Shown here: piece after piece, positions 1 to 12,300 of the stretch | Layout of the letters: each line of letters starts with the position of its first letter | Numbering within the stretch: the first letter of the stretch is position 1 | DNA from: the human T2T-CHM13v2.0 reference genome, Homo sapiens | DNA length: 64,000 nt | NCBI RefSeq assembly: GCF_009914755.1 | Contig: NC_060945.1 | Reading direction: 5' to 3' (one strand) | Translations under genes and position numbers: made by a program | Notes under the pieces: generated by a model | Databases searched by the model: none | What the model was told of the DNA's origin: nothing | What the model saw: only the letters and a program-made list of their open reading frames with translations

Positions 1-125
1 GATAATCCAAAATAAACTCCTGATGTTAAGGTCAGTAGATTAGCAATTTTCATTCCACCTGATGCCTTAATTCACTTTGCCAGGTAAGGCAACCGAGTCA
101 CAGGTTCCAGGATTAGGAGGCAGAA
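1..125 (-). mobile_element. MLT1 (ERVL-MaLR, MLT1D-like) LTR fragment
   Basis: ataatcc...ttaaggtcag...attagcaa...tcacaggttccaggattagg resembles the MLT1 LTR in reverse. Confidence 0.6.
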
Positions 126-219
126 AGGGCTTCAGCCGGGGTTGACGCATTCAGATGTGTGCTCTCTATGGCCTTTCTGTGTCTTGGCCTGGCAGTCCTC
201 CTGGAGTCGTCCCTGCTGG

Positions 220-953
220 CAGGGACAGGTGCTGGAGTCAGCTCACGCCGGCTTCTGAGAGCCCAGTGGGGAACGGCTGAAATGTACAATTAATAAATTG
301 CACTAAAACAAAGGTAACTTGAGTTTTGAGCATTTGTTACCTTTGTTTTAATACAATTTATTAATTGTACATTTTATGGTATTATTATGATATAATTTTA
401 CGATCATCATGCTGTGGCAGTTATTACCTCTGTTGCATCTGTATGGCAGAAATCCTGTGTAACAGGAGGTTTGCTAGGGCACACCGGTCTCTGCATTGAG
501 CTTCGTCGTGTCCACAGCTTGAACCAACCATCGCAAGAGCATTTACGTCACGGAAATCAGCATGTGCTACAAATCGAGGCTTGATTTTATCGTCTTATTG
601 ATTATCTAGACTCAAGGAAATGATGAAAATCTTCGATGAACGCAGATTAATCTACAAGTGTGCTATGGTCATAACTGTTACACTGTAAATAGCATAAAAC
701 GTTGTCAAATCGTAGTTGAATTGCAGCTATAGGCTGGCTACAAATATGAGAGTTTGGCCAAAATCAACAAAAGCATCTGTGTGGACCAGTTGGCTCTATG
801 GAATTTATGATAAAAAGTCCTGTATATTTATTATTTGTAAATTGTGTGCTTCCTTTGCATGAATAAAACTTAGAGTGGACTGACGTACAGATGTTTACAC
901 ACACGTCTTTTCTGCAGAGAGCCTGTTGTTAAACATTTGCCAGCACACCACTG
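220..953 (+). mobile_element. MER63 (C/D-like) hAT-Blackjack DNA transposon
   Basis: 5' gtgctggagtcagctc...gagagcc, internal cacggaaatc...ctacaaatc, 3' gttgttaaacatttgccagcacaccactg. Confidence 0.75.
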
Positions 954-2805
954 CCTACCCCCTGCAACCCCCACCCCGCCAGCCTCACCTTCCCGGCCCC
1001 ACACTTTGTGCTCTCGTCCTCTGAGCCACGAGCACTTTCCAGAGCTCTCCTGCTGCACCGATGCCCTCTGCCCAGCATGGGATGACCCATCCCAACCATC
1101 CTCTCCCCTTGCCTGGCCCATCCTACTGGTCCCCCAGGCACGGCCCAGCAGTTATTCTCTCCAGGAAGCTGTTCTCTCCAGGAGGCTGTCCTGGCTTCTG
1201 GGTTGGGTCAGTGCCCTTCTGTGTTCTGGGGGTCCTGGGTTTTCCCCCATTGCACCCTGTGGGAATCGTGCTTGCTTCTCTGTGTTTAGGACTGGCCCCT
1301 GGCTGCCTCGTTGGTGGGGCCATAAAACTCTCCGTTTGTGCCCCAGAATCTAGCACATTTCCTACATAGTAGATGCTCAATAAACATTCACTCAATAGAA
1401 CAAACAGAATATTCACTTAAGGAGCTGGGATTGTTCTTGACTGAATACAGAGCTAGGTCTCTTCCCAGACACAGAAGGAAACAGACAAAGGAAGGGAAAG
1501 CTCTGATGGATACATGGTTCTGAAGGGGCCCTGGGTCCTGGCACATGAAGACGCTTGGGCACATGGGTGGGGAACATTGGGGAATGCCACGTCTCAGCTC
1601 CTATGACTGGAGGGCCCTTTGGACCGTTTTGGCTTCAATACAGCAGGCACCTGACATCCTTGACAGAGGAGTTTCTTTCTGCAGATGCACGAGGGATGTG
1701 GAACCCAGGACTCAGAGGGGGCAGATTAGTGTTCCCCCCAGGGGGCCCTGGGAGCCACGATCCTGCAGCCGGGGGTGCTCAGAGGATAAACAGGTGAGGC
1801 AGTTAATCGGGAGGCAGTCCTCTGGGAGCCCCAGTGCAGTCAGCAAGGCATGGAAGCCGTCTGTGTGGGCTTCCATCATGGTGGGGCACTGGGGGCCATG
1901 TGGGGTTCCTTCACTTCACGTAGGTGCAGCTCATCATGGGATGACAGTGGGGGGTTGGAGGGGACACCCTACGGGTCCCAGAGATGCCAAGTGAGGTCAT
2001 CGTGATGATGGAGGTGCTGGCTGGTGGCCTCCAAAGGCAGGCAGGGGCAGGCCCTTTCCCTGTGTCCAAGTCCACATGGGCACTCTCAGGGCTATGCCCA
2101 TTTGACACGAGTCTCCACGCCTGGTGAATGTTGGCACCAGCACAGCCATTCCATCGTGGCCCTGAAACCACCACAGAATACTCCATATCATGATCGTAAA
2201 ACACTCAGTGCCAGCCGCAAGCTCCTCTGACGGAGGCTGTGGTTCCCACGGAGCCCTGGCGCCTGTGGCACCCTCTGCCCTCCTGCTCCATCCGGAGCCC
2301 TGGTGGCTGTGAGGCGGGGGCTCCTCTCCTGTCCCTGCCACCCCCACCAGGTGGTGGCACCCCATCCTGGGAGGCCCCCGCCTCCTCTGCCTCTTCTTCT
2401 ACTTGGAGTGTGAAATCAGTGGACACGCGCTGGGGCAGAGTGCAGCACTGACCCCCGTGCTTGCTCACTCTGCAGGCGCCGTGGGCAGGGGCTGGGTAGG
2501 GGGCTGCTGAGCCAGCGTGAGGGCCCTCCCCACATCCTCACCTCGGAAGGAAATGCCCTCCCTGGAGCCGCGGGGCAGTAACTGAGGTAGCACAGCTGTT
2601 GAGTGCGTGTCCGGTGCCAGGCCAGGGGGGCAACCCGTGTTGGGGACATGTTGGATGCCTCTCTGAGTCCTGGAGCCTGAGTGGCTCTAGCCCCCAGACG
2701 TTCTCCAGGAAGCTTTACTGGCCTGAGGGTCGCTCGGGAGCAGAGATGGAGGGGAGAGATGGGCCCTTCCCACTCGGCCTCCAGCAGCTCAGCCCGGCCT
2801 CTGCC

Positions 2806-2849
2806 CCCTGCCAACCCCCCTCCTGCCAACCCCCCTCCTGCCAACCCCC
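2806..2849. repeat. 3 x 15 bp tandem repeat (cctgccaacccccct)
   Basis: Direct reading. Confidence 0.85.
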
Positions 2850-3112
2850 GTTTTCAGGTCTCCTTTTGGAGACAACAAGGTCACTGTGGCACAAGGACCC
2901 ACAGTTCCTTATAGTCCAGAGAAATTTAGGGCGGTGGGCGGTAAGCTGGGGCAAGAACTGTTCTCGGGCAGCCCCGGCTGGAAACATCACAGATTTGTCA
3001 ATGAGTTTGCAAACATGATTGAGACATCTCCGCTCAGGAGCCTTGGGCTTCAGGTGACAATGACTCACTGGCATGGGCTACCAAGTGTGTGTGTATTTGA
3101 CCTCAGCGGGTT

Positions 3113-3815
3113 ACACATGCACAACACACAGACACACAAAGACACGGACAGACACAGATACACACACAGACACACACACACACACACACAGAAATATACA
3201 CAGGCCGGGCACGGTGGTTCAGGCCTGTAATCTCAGCACTTTGGGAGGCTGAGGCAGGCGGATCACTTGAGGTCAGGAGTTCGAGACTAGCCTGGCCAAC
3301 ATGGTAAAACCCCATCTCCACTAAAAATACAAAATTAGCTGAGCGTGGTGGTGCATGCCTGTAATCCCAGCTACTCAGGAGGCTGAGGCAGGAGAGTTGC
3401 TTGAACCTGGGAGAAAGAGGTTGCAGTGAGCCAAGATCATACCACTGCACTCCAGCCCAGGCAACAGAGCAAGACTCCATCTCAAAAAAAAAAAAACAAA
3501 CGAAACACGGAGAGAGACATACCCAAACATATACACAGACACACACACACGAATACACACAGACACACACAGAGAGACACAGAGAGACACACGCAAACAC
3601 ATACACACACTGACACACAGACACACATATACAGAGACACACATATACAGAGACACACATAGGTACACACAGACACAGAGAAACACACACACACACAAAC
3701 ACACACATACAGACATATGCACAGAGAAACACACACACAGAAGACATACAGACACACACACAGAGACACACACAGCCACATACAGACACACAGAGCCTCA
3801 CACACAGGCACACAC
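3113..3815. repeat. Degenerate (CA)n/(CAGA)n low-complexity tract split by an Alu
   Basis: CA-rich runs at 3113-3200 and 3505-3815. Confidence 0.9.
3203..3499 (+). mobile_element. AluS
   Basis: Full dimeric Alu with A tail. Confidence 0.95.
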
Positions 3816-4199
3816 GCCGCCCTGAGGCCACACAGGCCACACTTTGTACGCAGCCCCCACCTTCCACAGGCCTCTCTGTTTGTACAAACACCGCCAAACA
3901 CATCCCCCTCATCAGCCCCTTTGAGTTTTCAAAATAGTTACGATATCCTCACTCCAACAATATCTGGAGGAAGGCTGCCTTTCCCCAATTTTATTTTTCT
4001 TAGACAAAGAAACAAAGAGTCCAGGAGACGCCTGAGAGAAGACAGAGGAAGTGGCAGAGCGGGGGAGGGGAGCAGAGCATCCAGCAGCCCAGAGAAGGGG
4101 AGCAGGGAGGGGGGGACCCAGTGGAAGGCTCAGAGCCACCGGTGAGGTGGAGGACCATCACAGCCACGGATTCTGTAGGCGGACTTGTCAGGACAGAGT

Positions 4200-5490
4200 G
4201 GAGTGAGGGTGAGTGAGGGGCAGATTCAGATGGCTGTTCAGGGGCGAGTGTGGGGAGACTCGTGGCTGTGCGGGGGTGAGTCAGGGGAGACTTGTGTGGC
4301 TGTGCAGGGGTGAATGGGGGGAGACACATGGCTGGGCAGCAGTGAGTGGGGGGAGGCTTGCATGGCTGTGCAGGGGTAAGTTGGGGAAGACTCCCATGGC
4401 TGTGCAGGGGTGAGTTGGGGGAGACTTGCACGGCTGGGCAGTGGTGAGTAGGGGGAGACTCGCATGGCTGTGCAGGGGTGAGCTGGGGAGAGACTCACTT
4501 TGCTGTGCAGGGATAAGTGAGGAGGAGACTCAAATGTCTGGGCAGGAGTGAGTGAGCGGTGACTCACATGGCTGGGCAGGGGTGTGTGAGAGAGGGAGAC
4601 TCACGTGGCTGGGCAGGGGTGAGTGAGGAGGAGACTCACAAGGCTGGGCAGGGGTTAGTAGGGGGTGACTCCTATGGCTGGGCAGAGGTGAGTGGGGAGA
4701 GGCTCCCATCGCTGGGCAGGGATGAGTGAGGGGAGACTCATGGCTGTGCAGGGGTGAGTGAGAAAGGGAGACTCCCATGGCTGGGCAGGGGTGAGTTGGG
4801 GGAGACTCATATGGCTGGGTAGGGGTGAGTGGGGGGAGACTCCTATGGCTGGGCAAGGGTGAGTGAGAGGAGACTCATAGGGCTGTGCAGGGATGAGTTG
4901 GGGGGAGACTTACGTGGCTGTGCAGGGGTGAGTCGGGGGAGACTCGCATAGCTGTGCAGGGGTGAGTGGGAGGAGACTCACGTGGCTGTGCAGGGGTGAG
5001 TGGGGGAAGACTCGCATGGCTGTGCAGGGATAAGTGAGCAGGAGACTCACATGTCTGGGCAGGAGTAAGTGAGGGGTGACTCACATGGCTGGGCAGGGGT
5101 GTGTGAGAGAGGGAGACTCACATGGCTGGGTAGGGGTGAGTGAGGAGGAGACTCACATGTCTGTGCAGGGGTTAGTCGGGGGTGACTCCTACGGCTGGGC
5201 AGAGGTGAGTCGGGAGAGACTCCCATGGCTGGGCAGGGGTAAGTGAGAGGAGACTGACAGGGCTGTGCAGGGGTGAGTGAGAGAGGGAGACTCACATGGC
5301 TGGACAGGGGTGAGTTGGGGGAGACTCACACGGCTGGGTAGGGGTGAGTGGGGGGAGACTCCTATGGCTGGGCAGGGGTGAGTGAGAGGAGACTCACAGG
5401 GCTGTGCAGGGGTGTGTGAGAGAGGGAGACTCACATGGCTGGGCAGGAGCTAGTGAGGGTGAGACTGCATGGCTGGGCAGGGGTGGGTGA
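4200..5490. repeat. G-rich minisatellite (VNTR), ~34-36 bp unit, ~37 copies
   Basis: Unit approximately GGGGTGAGTG(G/A)GGGAGACTCACATGGCTG(G/T)GCA, repeated in tandem. Confidence 0.95.
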
Positions 5491-6006
5491 GGGATGAGGA
5501 ATGGAGGCAAAGAGCAGATTGCTCCTTAGGGACCTGGGTTGCTAATGGTAAGAGGCTGCTGAGGAGGCTCCTGGTTGCAGAGAAGGGTTTGTTTTCGCCT
5601 TGTGCAAGATGGGCAGGTTTGTGGGCTGGAGGGCAGGAGGCGAAGACACAGCCTGGATGAGGGGGAGGAGGAGGGGCTTGGGAAGCAATGGGGAATGGGT
5701 CGCTGTGAGCAGAGGGCCCTGCCAGCTTCGGATGGAGGGGCAGTGGTGAAGGAGGGAACGTGAGTGGACAGATGTTAGGGCTCAGTGGGGGGTGCGGGGT
5801 GCAGGGTTGGGCCCGCTGGTGGAGTGGAAGTCGGTCATGAGGGATGTGCCAGGTGCCCAGTCCTCAGTGCGGTCAGAGGTGAGCCCCAGGTCAGAGTGCA
5901 CGGCCTGGGGAGTGTGGTGAGTAGTTAATGGGTGCGAGCCTGTTGACTTCTGCCATTAAAATCTCTTTATTTTGAGATAATTATTATAAGAAGAGTCGAT
6001 AAGATA

Positions 6007-6071
6007 CACTGCACTCCAGCCTGGGCGACAGAGCAAGACTCCGTCTCAAAAAACAAAAAACAAACAAAAAA
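6007..6071 (+). mobile_element. Extremely 5'-truncated Alu with a 19 bp TSD
   Basis: cactgcactccagcctgggcgacagagcaagactccgtctc plus A tail between aagaagagt(c/a)gataagata repeats. Confidence 0.9.
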
Positions 6072-7373
6072 AAGAAGAGTAGATAAGATAGTAGTTATCA
6101 GAAATAATACAGAGAGCTCATGCGCCCACCTCCCATTGCCCGTGGTAGCATCCTGCCTGACTCGGGACTCTCTGCCCTGTGTTCTGGTCCCTGGGCTCTC
6201 CTCATGGTGGCCATGCCCCTGGCATTCCTGTCCTGGATTTCTAAGCCATCTTTGACCTAATTAGAAAGCCTGGCCTACCAACCTGCAGACCAGCTGGGAG
6301 AACCCTTAGCCCTGACCCAGTGTCTGGCATGGGCCTCTGGGTTTTAGAATGGGGCTAGTGATCAGAGGAGCTAGTCAAGGTCTTTGGTTGCAGGCCACAG
6401 AATATGGGCTGAGAATCCAAGAGGCCAGAGTATGTGGGAACTTGGAGCCGGGGGAATAGCTAAAGAACCAACCAAGAAAGAGCAGTTTCCAGGTAGCTCT
6501 GGGGATCCACGTAGTTGAGTCTGCAGGTCACTGCCCTGGGAGGAATTGCTTTTGACAGTTTCACCTCCATCCCTCCATCACCCTGATCTGGGTTTCAAAC
6601 TAGAGTCTCCTTGGCCTGGCTTGTATCCCAGCCCCACACTTGGCCAGGAGGTGGAGCTCCTTGATTGACAACCTCTAAGCCTGCACACAGGGTCAAAGGC
6701 AGCCGTCCAAAGTCAGGCAACTGTGGCCAGAGGAAGGAGAAAGAAACAGACTAATTTGACCCCCAGATCTTGGTTCGATGTTGGGTCAAATTATGGCTGG
6801 CACCAGAGCCCAGAAGTTGCAAGGACACTCAAGTGAGAACGTTTGGGTGTAGAGGTGCAAGACAAGTGCATCTGAGAGTTCGAGTCCCAGTGTGGACGTG
6901 TCTGGCATTGTGTAGATAGGCAGACTGTGCTGAAACACGTGTAGATCAGTGGCAGAGAACAAAAAGACCTTTAGTTTTCTGGGAAACTGTACTTAAAACT
7001 AGTTATGCATCTTGCCGTCATGAAACAGAGTCACTTATTGCCAGTAATCTCCCTATGAGAGTCTACTCAAACTCAGATGGTTTATTTTTTATAACTTTAA
7101 CCTGGGGACTATGATGTTTGTTTTACTTACTTGTGTGGAGAAATTATATTTACTCATGCTTTGTTCATTTATAGGAAATTGGACTTACTTCCCAACCATA
7201 TTACATTAACCTATGGACTAACTTGTTTTAATAACCCAGCAGCAATATAAAAGAATGGCCATAGATTCTCTTTGAATAAGGAAAACATCTGTTTTTCTTC
7301 TTAAATAGAAAAAAACTCAGTAAGTCTATTAATGATGATTAAAGCTGATTTAAAATACACAGCAAGACTTTCA

Positions 7374-7690
<317 letters not shown>

Positions 7691-7843
7691 ACAGTGGTCT
7701 AAGGGCAGAATTTCCCCCTTAACATCTAGGAAGACCCGCACACAACAAGAGGAATAAGAAACATGAGCTCTATCTGTAATGAAATCTGGGTGTACGTGAG
7801 ACCTCAAGCCATGGAGGTGGAAGAGATATCAAAAGCAGCAGCT

Positions 7844-8106
7844 GGCCGGGCCCAGTGGCTAAAGCCTCTAATCCCAGCACTTTGGGAGGCCGAGGTGGGC
7901 GGATCACCTGAGGTCAGGAGTTCAAGACCAGCCTCCCCAACATGGTGAAACCCCATCTCTACTAAAAATACAAAAATTAGCCGGGCGTGGTGGCGGGCCC
8001 CTGTAATCCCCACTACTCGAGAGGCTGAGGCATGAGAATCGCTTGAACCCGGGAGTCAGAGGTTGCAGTGCGCCGAGATCACGCCACTGCACTCCAGCCT
8101 GGGCGA
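7844..8106 (+). mobile_element. AluS lacking its 3' end and tail
   Basis: Stops at ccagcctgggcga. Confidence 0.92.
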
Positions 8107-8389
8107 AGCAAGGGTGCAGGAAGAAATGGAGACAGAATCTTGCAGCCGCACATTTCAGAAAAGGCCATGGAGGATCGCATCACGAAGGCAAAAGCTGGTA
8201 TGCAGCAGGGAGATGAGGTCCGTGCGCAGGCAGAGGGGCACCTGCACCTGTGTTGGTTCTGAGAAGTGGAGGATGTGTGGCTGAATGAAGAATTACCCAG
8301 CAAACCATACGACGAGGAAGCCGTGTGTTGATGTTGTACCTTTTCATTAGAAAAAGAGAAAGCGTCCCATGTACACGTACGAGAGAACC

Positions 8390-8790
8390 AAGATCAAACG
8401 CGTCAGGTCATTTAATATAAACGAGATAAACAGAAGAATCAAAAACTCAATCCCGTGCCTGTCCAGGAGAGAGTCCTAAAGCTCTGTGACTGAGAGAGCT
8501 TGTAAAATGAAACGATGGGCGAAGAACGGATGGACAGCCTCAAACAGAAACGAAGCTGGGTTTATATCCTTAATGTCAGGTAAGGCTGAGTTCAGGGAGA
8601 AACACACCAACGAAGACCAGAATAGGTTCTTTAGAATAATAAAGAATGCAATTGACAACAGATATGTCCCAACTACAAATATTTATGTACCAAAAAGGTG
8701 CTTCACCATGCATAGGGTGAAAATTGTGGGAGATACAGTGAGGTACGTGTAGGGCCACGATACTAATAGGAGACTTTAAAGAAAATAACT
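8390..8790 (+). mobile_element. Ancient L1M fragment (ORF2 endonuclease region)
   Basis: Translation AGFISLMSGKAEF...FFRIIKNAI...NIYVP resembles L1 EN. Confidence 0.65.
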
Positions 8791-8910
8791 GTTGTAATGT
8801 ATTCAATTTCTTTTTGTATTTTCCCCAATATTTTACTATGAAAATGTTTTAAATACACAGAAAAGTTGAAAGAATTGTACAAGAAATGCCCACATGCCCT
8901 CCTCCTATGT

Positions 8911-9255
8911 CAGGGGTCAGCAAATTATAGCCCGTGGGCTAAAGCTCACCCACTACCCGTTATTATATGGGCTGCAAGCTAACAATGGTTTTTCTGTTCT
9001 TAAATGGTTAAAAAGTCAAAAGAAAAAATATGTTGGGACACATAAAAATTATATGAAATTCAACTTTCAACATCTACAAATGAAGTTGCATTTGTTTTAC
9101 AACAGAACCCAGGCACACTCATCATTTGCATAGTGACTATGGCTGGCTTCTAACAACAATGGAAGAAGAGTCGAGCCATCGTGACTGAGATTGTCTGGTC
9201 CATAAAATCTGCAATATGCATTCGGCCCTTTATAGGAAAGTGTACCAAACTCTTC
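8911..9255 (+). mobile_element. MER58B (hAT-Charlie)
   Basis: caggggtcagcaaa...aaattatatgaaattcaa...ggccctttataggaaag. Confidence 0.75.
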
Positions 9256-9389
9256 CTAGATTCTAAAATGAACATTTTTCTATTATTGCTTTATCACATA
9301 TTTGCCAATTCCTCTGTCGACAAATCCACTGGTTTTTCGGATGCATTTTAAAGTAAGTTGTAGACACCAATGCACTTCACTTTGCAAGC

Positions 9390-12300
9390 GCTTCAGCATG
9401 CAGATCATTAATTGGAGTTCATTATGAGTTTATAATTCTTTTTTTAAATAAAATTTACAAACAGCAATGTGCATAACTTTTAAGTCTCATCCAAACCTCT
9501 CTCACAATGCAGAATGTTAGCCGAGAATCCCCTGTGACCTTTCCCAGGCACTATGGAACCACTAAGGCAACCACAGTGTTGAATTTTCTTCCCTGGGGAT
9601 GAGCTTTGCTGGCTCTAGACCTTCATATAAATGGAGTTGCACAGTCTGTACTCCTTTGTGTAAGATTTCTCTCACATGGCATGGTGTTCTGAGGATCACA
9701 CTGTTGCATGCAATGGTAGGCCAAGCCTTTGATGGATGAGTATTGTTCCACTGTACAAATGCACCATGGCTTGTCAGTTTGCTCTCCTGGTGACAGACAC
9801 ACAAGCTGAGTCCAGGATTTGCTTTGACTTGTCTTGGGTAAATATCTAAGAGTGGGAGGTTAACTCATGGGGCTGTTGCATATTTAATTTTATAAGATCC
9901 TGCTGGACATTTTTCCAAAGTGGCTGTGCCATTTTGCCTTCCAACGTGTGAGAGTTCTCATCATACTACATCTTTCCCAACAATTGGTGTTGCCATTCTT
10001 TCTAATTTTAGCCGTTCTGTTGTGATCTCTTTGTGGCTTATGGGTATTTTCCTGATGTTGATGATTTTTGCATGTGCTTTTTGGACATCATGTATCTTCC
10101 TTCGTAAAGTAAAAAGTTAGATGGGCTCATGCCTGTAATCCCTGCACTTTAGGAGGCTGAGGTGGGTGGATCACCTGAGGTCAGGAGTTCGAGACCAGAC
10201 TGGCCAACATGGTGAAACCCCATCTCTACTAAAAATGCAAAAATTAGCTGGGCGTGGTGGCACACGCCTGTGATCCCAGCTACTCGGGAGGCTGAGGCAG
10301 GAGAATCTCTTGAACTTGGGAGGTGGAGGTTGCAGTGACCTGAGATCGCGCTACTGCCTGAGCGACAGAGCAAGACTCCATCTCAAAAAAAAAAAAAAAA
10401 AAAAAAGATTAGATGGATTCTTGTCATCTAAATGTTCTTGTGAACATTTGTGTATCAATATTTGTGGATTTGCTCACTGTGAACATTTGTGTATTTGCTC
10501 ACAGATGAGTAAGACTAAGAATAATAGTCTTGAAACATTCATCTGTGAGCAAATACACAAAAAACAATACTGGAATAATCAGTGAATTGGTTAAAAATAA
10601 ACAGCTCTTTTTAAAAAATTAACTTTATTGAGATGTAATTTGCACATTCAACAATGCACCCGTTGTAAGTATACAGTTCAATGCATATGTCCTGAGGGAA
10701 GGTTTGAGGTTCCTTTTTCTTGTTCTCATATGGATCCCCTGTTGTTCCAGTACCATTTGTTGGAAAGACTATCCCTCCTTCCCCCATTCAATTACCTTAG
10801 CATTTTTTGTCAACAATTAATTGAGAGTATATTTCTGGACTCTCTGTCCTGTCCCATGAGTCTTTATGTCTATGTTTATATCCATACTACAATGTCCTGA
10901 TATAAGCCTTAAAAGTATGTAGTGGAAGTCTTCTAATTTTATTCATTTTCCAAAAAACTTTTGGCTGTTCTAGATCCTCTGCATTTCCATATTAAATTTT
11001 TGAGTCAGCTTATCAATTTCTACAAAAAAAGAATGCTAAGCTTTTTAAAGAGTTTTGCAGAATTAATGTTATTTCTGCCTAAAATGTTTAGTAGAATTCA
11101 CCAATGAAGCCATCTGGGGCTACAGTTTTCTTTGAGGAAAGCTTTTAACTACAAATTCAATTTCTTTAATAGATACAGGAATATTCAGGTTATTGATTTT
11201 TTTCTTGAGTGAGCTATGGTAGTTTGTGTTTTTCAAGAAATGTTTTTCAATTAACTTGTCAAATTTATTGGCATAAAGTTATTCATAATATTCCTTTATT
11301 AATCATTCTTTTAAAGTTTGTAGTATTTATAGTAATGTCCTCTTTATAATTTCTGATATTGGTGACTTCTGTCTTTTCTCTTTTTTAAAAATTTTTTTAT
11401 TTTCCTGTCTAGAGATGTATTAATTGTGTTGATCTTGTCAAGTAACTTGGTTTTATTTTCATTGATTTTTCTATTCCTTTTTTCTCTTCTGTTTCGTTGA
11501 TTTCCACCCTCAGGTTTATCATTTTCTTCCTTTCATAATTTGAGTTTAATTTGCTTTTTTCTTCCTTCTTGTGTTGCATATATGGATAATTGATTTGAGG
11601 CCTTCGTTCTTTTTTTTACATAAACATTTAATGCTATCAACTTCCCATTAAGTGCTACTTTAGCTGCATTTCACAAATTTTGATATGGTGTGATTTTATT
11701 TTCATTCAATTCAAAATATTTTCTAATTGCCTTTGTAATTTGTTCTTTAGCCTATGGGCTATTTAAATGTGTGTTATAATTTCCAAATACTTGACAGATT
11801 TTTCACATATTTTTCTCTTATTGATTCCTAGTTTAATTATCTTATGGTTAAAAAAGAAATACTACATAATTCGAACCACTTTATCTTTATTATGATTTGT
11901 TTAATGGCCTGGGATATGGTCTATCTTGGTAAGCATGCTACATGTACTTGGAAAGAATGTGTATTTATTTGTCAGTAGTTGGGTGGAGTGTCAGTAATTG
12001 TGAACTGGGCAAGCAGGTTGATAGTGGCTAGTACTTTGTTCCTGAGTAAGGAACATATTCTTACTAACTTCCTGTCTACTTGTTCTATCAATTACTGAGA
12101 AGAATGTTTAATTGCCAACTCTAATTGCTGATTTGTCTGTTCCTTCTTTGAGATCTGTCAGCTTTTCCTTTATGTATTTTTGGAGTTCTATAATTAAGTA
12201 CATTGACATTTAGAATTGTTATATCCTCATAATACATTTCTTCCTTTATCATTCTGAAATGTCCCTCCCTATCCCTGGTAATATTCCTTGTTCTAAAGTC

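Noticed and set aside
2344-2356. CTCF-like motif CCACCAGGTGGTG
   Set aside because: Single imperfect match, expected by chance in GC-rich DNA
3103-3912. 269 aa Cys/Val-rich ORF and overlapping ORFs
   Set aside because: CA repeat plus antisense Alu translation
4000-5434. Repetitive Pro/Ser/His ORFs; CRISPR-like periodicity
   Set aside because: Head-to-tail minisatellite with no unique spacers and no cas genes, in a human context; frames shift with unit length
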